This document shows positions 1-5,983 of a stretch of 18,305 nucleotides of DNA, in pieces. The notes under the pieces are model-generated. The model had not been told where the DNA came from, did not search any database, and was given only the letters and a program-made list of their open reading frames with translations. Position 1 is the stretch's first letter; each line of letters begins with the position of its first letter. The position numbers were made by a program, and so were the translations under genes. This stretch comes from Candidatus Bathyarchaeota archaeon (lineage in GTDB: Archaea; Thermoproteota; Bathyarchaeia; TCS64), in assembly GCA_043826455.1 (NCBI GenBank), contig JBDRQD010000012.1, forward strand, positions 1-18,305, read 5' to 3'.

Positions 1-171
1 GGCCAGTAGGGCGATCTCCACGGGGATGATCCGTGTGGTCAGTGTGGAGTCGGGGAACGCCACGTAAAGGGTGGCGAGGCTGCCCAAAGTGGCCCAGAAC
101 ACGGCCTTGGTGAGGCTCTTGAAGTCTCCCCGGACGCCGGCCAGGGTCTCCTGGATGCGTTCACGGATCAT
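1..171 (-). CDS. Hypothetical membrane protein, 3' end cut by window edge (MIRERIQETLAGVRGDFKSLTKAVFWATLGSLATLYVAFPDSTLTTRIIPVEIALLA...)
   Basis: Translated by hand. ATG at 171 overlaps the upstream TGA (ATGA), is preceded by GGAGGTG, stays open to position 1 and has a hydrophobic segment. Not in the ORF track. Confidence 0.65.
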   Translation of the reverse strand, partial: MIRERIQETLAGVRGDFKSLTKAVFWATLGSLATLYVAFPDSTLTTRIIPVEIALLA

Positions 172-509
172 GCCAGCACCACCTCCAGGGCCTTAGCCTT
201 CATGGGTGAGCCGCATGAGGGGCAGTAGTTGGGGTTGGGGCTCACCTTGCCGCAGCCTGGGCACGTGGGCAGAGGTTCAGGCTCCGGGGCTTGCTCCACC
301 TCTAGGCCCGGGTCTATGCGTTCATAGTGCTCGTCTAGGATGGTGTCAGGCCGCCAGGGGAAGCCCCCGAGGTCGCCACATGCGTCCAGCTTCTGGATGC
401 GTTCCAGCCGCTTTAGGCAGACGGGGCCGATGCCCTGCTTAACGCTCACCGGGTCGGTGAGTTTGCGCCCGCAGACCCGGCACCGGGTCACCACCTTGAT
501 GGGTGTCAT
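168..509 (-). CDS. DUF6011-like zinc-binding protein with C-terminal zinc ribbon (113 aa)
   Basis: N-terminal CRVCGRKLTDPVSVKQGIGPVC matches the DUF6011 pattern. C-terminal CPGCG...YCPSCG. ATG 509 has GGAGG upstream and an ATGA overlap. Confidence 0.8.
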   Translation of the reverse strand: MTPIKVVTRCRVCGRKLTDPVSVKQGIGPVCLKRLERIQKLDACGDLGGFPWRPDTILDEHYERIDPGLEVEQAPEPEPLPTCPGCGKVSPNPNYCPSCGSPMKAKALEVVLA

Positions 510-682
510 GCCTCGGCCTCCTCTGGGTTGCGCCAGAACCACCAGCTAGCGGCCCTCCGCCACGTGGTGACCCTGACCCCGGCTCTCCCGGCCCTCACCA
601 GGGCGTCCAGGGCTGCCATGATGCCCAGGATCATGGCGAGCATGAAACCCCACGCGAATCCGGTGAGGTGGGCTTCTATCAT
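506..682 (-). CDS. Small membrane protein, 58 aa (MIEAHLTGFAWGFMLAMILGIMAALDALVRAGRAGVRVTTWRRAASWWFWRNPEEAEA)
   Basis: Translated by hand; absent from the ORF track, whose shortest entries are 60 aa. ATGA overlaps at both ends, GGAGG upstream, one N-terminal TM helix followed by an Arg/Trp-rich tail. Confidence 0.7.
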   Translation of the reverse strand: MIEAHLTGFAWGFMLAMILGIMAALDALVRAGRAGVRVTTWRRAASWWFWRNPEEAEA

Positions 683-876
683 TGTATGGCCTCCAGCTGG
701 TCGTTGATCTCCCGCAGCCGGCGGGTCTCATGGGGCCAGGGGTAGCCGCGCTGGCCCACGGCCTCGCACAGCCTGTCCGCCTCAGCTACGAGGGCGGCGG
801 CCTCCTGTTCGATACCCCTAAATTCTCTGGGACCCACCTCATGGTGGAGCTCCCGGGTGGCTGACGGCTCCTTCAA
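679..876 (-). CDS. Hypothetical small helical protein (65 aa)
   Basis: TTG start overlaps the upstream TGA and its stop overlaps the next ATG. Composition is protein-like. Confidence 0.6.
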   Translation of the reverse strand: MKEPSATRELHHEVGPREFRGIEQEAAALVAEADRLCEAVGQRGYPWPHETRRLREINDQLEAIQ

Positions 877-980
877 AACGCATCAACCCCCCAGGGCTCC
901 ACACACGCCCCGTGTCTCCATCTCAGCCGTCTCTCCCCCCAGTCAACGCTTAGACACCTCCACCGCGGGCCCCGGCTCAT
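873..980 (-). CDS. Possible 35-aa protein (MSRGPRWRCLSVDWGERRLRWRHGACVEPWGVDAF)
   Basis: ATG 980 is preceded by GGGAGG and its TGA overlaps the TTG of the next gene. It overlaps ORF 943-1164 by 38 nt, so it is uncertain. Confidence 0.35.
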   Translation of the reverse strand: MSRGPRWRCLSVDWGERRLRWRHGACVEPWGVDAF

Positions 981-1164
981 GGTCCCGGCCTCCCTCCCAC
1001 CCGTCACCCAATCGTTTCTCATGGACGCCGCGCCCCGCCTTCCTTTTCTGAAGCATCTCCCAGAAGACCCCCTCCCAGGCGGGGAGACGCCCCGGCGCCT
1101 CCTCGGGTCCCCTCCGGCTCCTCGGCCCTCCGGCCTCCACGCCCTCAGTCCCACCCATGCTCAT
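943..1164 (-). CDS. Hypothetical protein (73 aa)
   Basis: ATG preceded by GGAGGTGGAGG and overlapping the end of the RHH gene. No recognisable motif. Confidence 0.4.
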   Translation of the reverse strand: MSMGGTEGVEAGGPRSRRGPEEAPGRLPAWEGVFWEMLQKRKAGRGVHEKRLGDGWEGGRDHEPGPAVEVSKR

Positions 1165-1339
1165 GCTCAGCCTCCACCTCCACCCCGTCGACGGGTGCCT
1201 CGGCCGCGGGGGCCCTGGCCTCCAGGGCCTCCCTGAGGAGGATCCTTATCATGTTGGTCTTGCTCCGATCCTCCGACTCGGCCAGCAGCAGGATCTGGGC
1301 CGTGAGGGCCTCGTCCATGGTCACAGTAATCCTGGACAT
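1145..1339 (-). CDS. CopG/Arc-type ribbon-helix-helix regulator (64 aa), first gene of the leftward operon
   Basis: MSRITVTMDEALTAQILLLAESEDRSKTNMIRILLREALE shows an alternating beta strand, a helix, the 'RS' turn and a second helix. GGTGA precedes ATG 1339; alternative TTG at 1348. Confidence 0.85.
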   Translation of the reverse strand: MSRITVTMDEALTAQILLLAESEDRSKTNMIRILLREALEARAPAAEAPVDGVEVEAEHEHGWD

Positions 1340-1375
1340 AATCACCAATCCTCATCAGAACAGACTTGATCTAAT

Positions 1376-1384
1376 CTATATAAG
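1376..1384 (-). promoter_or_regulatory. TATA box of the leftward operon (CTTATATAG on minus strand)
   Basis: Archaeal TATA consensus about 37 nt upstream of ATG 1339 in an AT-rich intergenic region. Confidence 0.55.
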
Positions 1385-1400
1385 GCTATTCGTGGTGTAT

Positions 1401-1450
1401 TCATCACCATTTCACACCACTGCACACCACTGCGCACCGTTACACACCAC
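1401..1450. repeat. Five tandem 10-bp imperfect direct repeats (core CACCAC), putative RHH operator array
   Basis: TCATCACCAT/TTCACACCAC/TGCACACCAC/TGCGCACCGT/TACACACCAC. Inverted related copies GTGGTGTA at 1392-1399 and TTGGTGTA at 1478-1485. Confidence 0.8.
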
Positions 1451-1498
1451 AAAACATATATTGCTGTTTGATTAAAATTGGTGTAGAGTGATGCGAAA

Positions 1499-1873
1499 GT
1501 GGCTGAGGAGGAGAAGAAGCGGGTGACCATCACCCTCCAGAGCGAGGTCCTGGAGTGGATAGACGCCAAGATCGAGGAACGGGTCTTCCACAACTACCAG
1601 CACGCAGTGGACTACTGCCTCATGAAGGTGTACCAGGACGAGTACCCCAGGTTCACCCACTACAACGTGTACGATGACCACGCCACCATATACGATAACC
1701 TGAGGAAGCGGATCGTGGACGTCTACTTCAGGGAGGGCCCCTACTGTGAGGCGTGCGAGGAGGCGGACTGTGAGCACGTCCGCTTCGCGCTGAGCCTCCC
1801 CAAGGTTGTGGAGCCTCTCCGCGCGAAGGGGTGGATCATCAAGGACGGGCGGGCAGTGTCCAAGCCGAGCTAG
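1499..1873 (+). CDS. RHH-domain regulator with C-terminal zinc-finger-like domain; putative element repressor (124 aa)
   Basis: N-terminal KRVTITLQSEVLEWIDAKIEERVFHNYQHAVDYCL is RHH-like. C-terminal CEAC-x4-CEH resembles a SWIM-type Zn site. Divergent from the small RHH gene. Confidence 0.75.
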   Translation: MAEEEKKRVTITLQSEVLEWIDAKIEERVFHNYQHAVDYCLMKVYQDEYPRFTHYNVYDDHATIYDNLRKRIVDVYFREGPYCEACEEADCEHVRFALSLPKVVEPLRAKGWIIKDGRAVSKPS

Positions 1874-2044
1874 AGGACGCCCAGGCACCCTGTAGCCTTG
1901 CCGGGAGACCCCGGGCGCTCAATCATTGTCTGCCTCTCCTCTCTACACGCTATTTCTTAATTCGGGGAGCCTCTCACTTCCCTAACCAGTCTTCTACGCC
2001 CGGTCACGTGTGCTTCGCTGTACGCGTCAAACCGCAGAGGCCCG

Positions 2045-4198
2045 TTACCGGCGTTCAAGAACCTCGACTACCTCCTTCACCCATATGTGCCGGTCACCCT
2101 TACGGCCGTAAACCTCGGCGACGGCCCTGAACTTCGCCCCCTTCCGAAGGAGACCCGACGGGCCATCATACTCCTCGACCACCAGCGTCGCCCTCTCACC
2201 CTCATCCACGGTGACCTCCGCGTAGCCCCTATGCACCTTGTCAACCCACACAGTGTGGGTCTCCCCGACCCTTCTCAGGGCGGTGGACGCCACGTACCTG
2301 TCCCCCGACAAGGAGACCAGCCCCTGGCCCCCAAGCTTCTTCAAGGCAGGCCCCAGGATGTTTAACTCAGGGTCATCCATGTCCCAGGCCAGCTGGTCCG
2401 CGGTCGCTCCCTCCGCGCCCCTCTCCAGCAGCCTGAGGTACACCTCCTTAGCGGCCCGCTCCACCAGCCTCCGCGTCTCCCGTAGCCTCGTGGACTGGCT
2501 GCCCTCCGCCTCCTCGGCCTCCACGAGCCCACGTGTAGCAGCCATCACCTCCGCCCTTTCCTCGTCGCCCCCGTCCTGGTCCTCCAGGGCCCAGAGCTCC
2601 TCCGCCGTCATGGGGTCAGGCGGCCTGGGCGGCCTGGACCGCACCACCTCGGGAAGCCCCTCGTTAATAGACAGAACCAGCCTCCTCATCCGTTCCGTCC
2701 TCCTCCTGCTCGCGTACAGGTACGTGTAGTCCAGGGTGTCCTCGGCGGCCAGTATGGTCACCCTCCCCGAGGTGCGGCGCCCCGTCCGGCCCCGCCTCTG
2801 GATGTACCTGATGCCGCTGGGTATGGGCTCGTAGAAGTAGACGTGGTCCACTGAGGGTATGTCCAGGCCCTCCTCCCCGATGCTGGTGCAGACCAGCACG
2901 TTCAGCTCCCCGCTCCTCAGCATCTCTATGCGCCTGGCCTGCTCGTCCTGGCTCAGCCCCTCATCCCCGGCCCGGGAGCTCTGGCCCACGAACCGGTGGG
3001 CCCTGACGCCCGGCACCCTGCCCAGCATCTCCGCCAGGTGGGCGGCCGTCTCCCGGTACTGGGTGAACACCAGTATCCGGGTGGAGGGTCGGAGACCCAC
3101 CTCCTCGTCCACCATCCCGAGAAGCAGCGTGGCCTTGGGGTGCTCCACCGGGTTCCGCAGCAGCAGATCCCTGAGGGCCACGTACTCCGGGTCCTTGGCG
3201 AGGACCGCGTAGCTGTACTTCCTGGACTTCGCCTCCACCTGCCCGGTGAAGGCCAGGAGGGTGTGGGTGCCCTGGGTCTCCAGGAGCTCCAGCATATGGA
3301 AGATGGTGAGGCCCAGGGACTGGTTCACTATGGCCTGGATCAGTCTGCCCCTCTCCTCCTCTATGCTCATCTCCATCTGGTACCTCAGCTCCTCCCCGAG
3401 GCGAAGCAGGTCGCCTCGCCCCGTGAAGCCTCCGCCCCGGAGGTGGCCGCGGGCTCGGAGCCAGTTCAGCCGCTTCTCCAGCAGGGACCTGATCTGGGCC
3501 CTGGCGGCCTGGTACACGGCGGGCAGCTTGACGGGCTTCCACTCCATCTCTATGTCCTGGATGTAGGGGGCTACGTCCGGGTCCTCCTCTGTCCTGTACT
3601 CCGCGTGCTCCACGTAGAGGCCCCTGCAGACCTCCTGCAGCTTCTCAGGCTCGGAGCCGGGGGAGGCGGTCATCCCCAGTATGCAAGGGTACGTGGCCTG
3701 CTCCGCGTAGCGTCCAGCGATCTCCCTGTAAGCGTAGTCCCCCACGGCCCTGTGGCACTCGTCGAAGACCAGTAGACTGTAATCCGTCAGGGTGACCCTG
3801 CCCTCCCTCAGGTCGTTCCTCACCACCTGAGGGGTGGCGAAGACCAGGCGGGCGCCGCCGCGCCACACGGTCTCCCTGAGGTGTGGAGGCGTCTCCCCTG
3901 TGAGGATGGCGGTGTCCACTGGCCTGAGCTTCAACGCGTTGAGGTAAGTGTTCATGTGCTGGAGGACTAGAGGCCTGGTGGGGGCCATGACCAGCACCCT
4001 GCTGCCCCTGTACTTGTAGAGGGCGTCGGCCGCCACCAGCACCGAGATGATGGTCTTCCCGAGGGCCGTGGGCAGGATGACGAGGGTGTTCGCCCTGGAG
4101 GCGGCCTCGGCTATCTTCTCCTGGTAGAGCCTCTTCTCGACTCTGCCCTGCCTGATGAGAGGGTGCTCCACGGCGCCGTGGGTGGGTCTAGTATCCAT
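2045..4198 (-). CDS. hef: Hef/FANCM/Mph1-family SF2 helicase lacking the ERCC4 nuclease domain (717 aa)
   Basis: Hef-type N-terminus (EHPLI...RLYQ), motif I LPTALGKT, DECH, TASP, FTQYRET, TSIGEEGLDIP and QRRGRTGR. No ERKxxxD nuclease motif in the C-terminus. Confidence 0.9.
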   Translation of the reverse strand: MDTRPTHGAVEHPLIRQGRVEKRLYQEKIAEAASRANTLVILPTALGKTIISVLVAADALYKYRGSRVLVMAPTRPLVLQHMNTYLNALKLRPVDTAILTGETPPHLRETVWRGGARLVFATPQVVRNDLREGRVTLTDYSLLVFDECHRAVGDYAYREIAGRYAEQATYPCILGMTASPGSEPEKLQEVCRGLYVEHAEYRTEEDPDVAPYIQDIEMEWKPVKLPAVYQAARAQIRSLLEKRLNWLRARGHLRGGGFTGRGDLLRLGEELRYQMEMSIEEERGRLIQAIVNQSLGLTIFHMLELLETQGTHTLLAFTGQVEAKSRKYSYAVLAKDPEYVALRDLLLRNPVEHPKATLLLGMVDEEVGLRPSTRILVFTQYRETAAHLAEMLGRVPGVRAHRFVGQSSRAGDEGLSQDEQARRIEMLRSGELNVLVCTSIGEEGLDIPSVDHVYFYEPIPSGIRYIQRRGRTGRRTSGRVTILAAEDTLDYTYLYASRRRTERMRRLVLSINEGLPEVVRSRPPRPPDPMTAEELWALEDQDGGDEERAEVMAATRGLVEAEEAEGSQSTRLRETRRLVERAAKEVYLRLLERGAEGATADQLAWDMDDPELNILGPALKKLGGQGLVSLSGDRYVASTALRRVGETHTVWVDKVHRGYAEVTVDEGERATLVVEEYDGPSGLLRKGAKFRAVAEVYGRKGDRHIWVKEVVEVLERR

Positions 4199-4201
4199 GG
4201 T

Positions 4202-4519
4202 CTACAGCTCTATGACCTTCTCCTTCTCTCCCAACGCTTTAAACTGGTTCAGGTCGTCAAGCATCCCGAGGAGCCTCTGGAGCCTCTCGTACTGGAACAG
4301 CTCGTTCAGGGCGTCCAGCTCCTCGCTGGTTCTCAGGACGAGGCCCCGTTTCTTGGTGGGGTTTCCCCGGCTGTCCGCGGGGTTGAGCTCCACGGCGAGG
4401 CGCGGGGGGCTCTTCTGGTACTTGGGGAGCTTCAGGACGTAGACGCCTGGGACGGTGGTTCCAAGCCTCTCCCAGTCCTTGCCCTTGTCCAGGAACTCCT
4501 TGAGCTTGTTCTCCGCCAT
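4202..4519 (-). CDS. Conserved archaeal hypothetical protein (105 aa)
   Basis: DWERLGTTVPGVYVLKLP...LAVELNP...PTKKRGL resembles an uncharacterised archaeal family (recalled, not searched). ATG 4519 is preferred because a TATA-like CTTAA lies about 32 nt upstream. The stop is 3 nt before the helicase ATG. Confidence 0.8.
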   Translation of the reverse strand: MAENKLKEFLDKGKDWERLGTTVPGVYVLKLPKYQKSPPRLAVELNPADSRGNPTKKRGLVLRTSEELDALNELFQYERLQRLLGMLDDLNQFKALGEKEKVIEL

Positions 4520-4707
4520 GAGGGTCTGGTTAGGTTTCGTCTGTGGAGGGGTTAAGGGTTTCGAGCACCCATAACGCGGCGGGAAACTCACCTCAGAAGG
4601 GTCTGACACCTAGCCGCAGGGGAGAGAACCTCCTTCATACATCATCGCGTGGAGTGGTCACGAACATCTGGGTGGTGCTGATGCAAAGGGATCACGGGTA
4701 GAGAAGA

Positions 4708-5715
4708 CTACTCTTCCTCTAATCTGGGCTTAGCCTCTTCACCCTCATCGTCTGAGCTGGGGAAGCTGCCGTCCTCGTCAGTGACCCCCGCCAGCGTTAT
4801 CGCGATCCTGACCTTCTCCTCCGGCAGGTAGGGGCTGTCTATGACCCGGACCAGCCGGGTGTTTGCGCGCCCTTTCCTGAGGTAAACTCTGTGAGTGCAG
4901 GCGTGGGCCATGACGTGGCCCCCTGTGGGCCTGTTGGGGTCACCGTATGCGGCGTCCGGCTTGGCCTGAACCTGGTTGGTTAGGACAACGGCCAGGCTGA
5001 AGGCCTCGGCGATCCTCAGCAGGTTGCCCAGGGCGTTGCCCAGCTTCTGCTGCCTCTCGGCGAGGGTGGCTCTGCCTATGTACTCGCCCCTGAAGTGGCC
5101 TATCATGCTGTCCACTATGACCAGCTTGACGTCGTGCTCCTGGCAGACTTGGGGGAGGTTCTTGATTAGTATTATCTGGTGCTCACTGTTGTAGGCGCGG
5201 GCTATGAAGATGTTTCTCAGGATCTCATCGGGGTCGTAGCCCCTGGCCTTGGCTATCTGGGATATCCGTTCGGGGAGGAAGGTGCCCTCGGTGTCTATGA
5301 CGCATACGCGTCCCCCGAAGCCGCCTTCCTCCACGGGTCGCTGTGCCAGAACGGAGAGAGTGTAGCATATCTGGGTCTTGCCTGAGGCGAACTCTCCGAT
5401 GAGCTCGGTGATGACGCCGGTCTCGACGCCGCCGCCCAGTATGCGGTTGAGTTCGTTGGAGCCGGTCCTGCAGCGCATCATGTGGCTGCGCATCTCCAGC
5501 ATGTCCTGGGCTGAGACGAACCCAGGGTCCACCTTGAGGCGCGCCAGGGCGTTCACCTTTATGGCGGTGTCCGCGCCCATGCCGGTTAGCTCCACGATCT
5601 GGCGGGGGGGAGTAACCGCGATGGATTCGAGGGTGACTAACCCGGCCTTGTGCAGCTTCTTCAGGGTGGTGCTGGCGACTCCTTCCAGGCTTCCAGCCTC
5701 AACTACCTCTCCCAT
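4708..5715 (-). CDS. radA: RadA/Rad51-family recombinase, full length but divergent (335 aa)
   Basis: N-terminal HhH-like domain, FxxA polymerisation motif (FVSA), Walker A GEFASGKT, Walker B LVIVDS, HFRGEYIGR..LAERQQKL, GGHVMAH and DSPYLPE. Confidence 0.93.
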   Translation of the reverse strand: MGEVVEAGSLEGVASTTLKKLHKAGLVTLESIAVTPPRQIVELTGMGADTAIKVNALARLKVDPGFVSAQDMLEMRSHMMRCRTGSNELNRILGGGVETGVITELIGEFASGKTQICYTLSVLAQRPVEEGGFGGRVCVIDTEGTFLPERISQIAKARGYDPDEILRNIFIARAYNSEHQIILIKNLPQVCQEHDVKLVIVDSMIGHFRGEYIGRATLAERQQKLGNALGNLLRIAEAFSLAVVLTNQVQAKPDAAYGDPNRPTGGHVMAHACTHRVYLRKGRANTRLVRVIDSPYLPEEKVRIAITLAGVTDEDGSFPSSDDEGEEAKPRLEEE

Positions 5716-5730
5716 ACACTCTCAAGGCTC

Positions 5731-5759
5731 TTCACGTGGTCCACGGCTTTTAACGTGAA
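5731..5759 (-). promoter_or_regulatory. radA promoter with nested palindromes (putative operator)
   Basis: TTCACGT-N15-ACGTGAA brackets the TATA-like TTAAAA (5748-5753, minus strand). Inner palindrome CGTGG-T-CCACG at 5735-5745. Confidence 0.45.
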
Positions 5760-5983
5760 CGCACAGGGATACAAGGGGGAGGTGGGTGAAAGTGGGGTGG
5801 AAGTGGATAATGAATTAGTGGTGATGCGCGAACCGTGGGCGCGGTGATGTATAAAGGAGTTTTCCTGATGATTATCTCGCTTTACCTGTAGACTTGTGTT
5901 TGAGTCTCATCCAAGGCACTGAAAACCGTTTCATAACCAATGCAATGGTATAAAATTTTAGGGTATCCATTCCCGCGCCTCCT

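Noticed and set aside
1401..1450. Repeat array as a CRISPR
   Set aside because: Units are 10 bp, contiguous and have no spacers, and no cas genes are present.
2087..4555. Long plus-strand ORFs (e.g. 2238-2729, 2996-3775, 4163-4555)
   Set aside because: Antisense shadows of the helicase and its neighbour, expected with high-GC codon usage; no motifs.
5775..5806. G-rich tract as a G-quadruplex
   Set aside because: Only three runs of three or more G; equally explained as a pyrimidine-rich tract on the minus strand.
5951..5960. Perfect palindrome TAAAATTTTA downstream of the integrase
   Set aside because: Low-complexity AT sequence with no partner site or dif-like arm-spacer structure.
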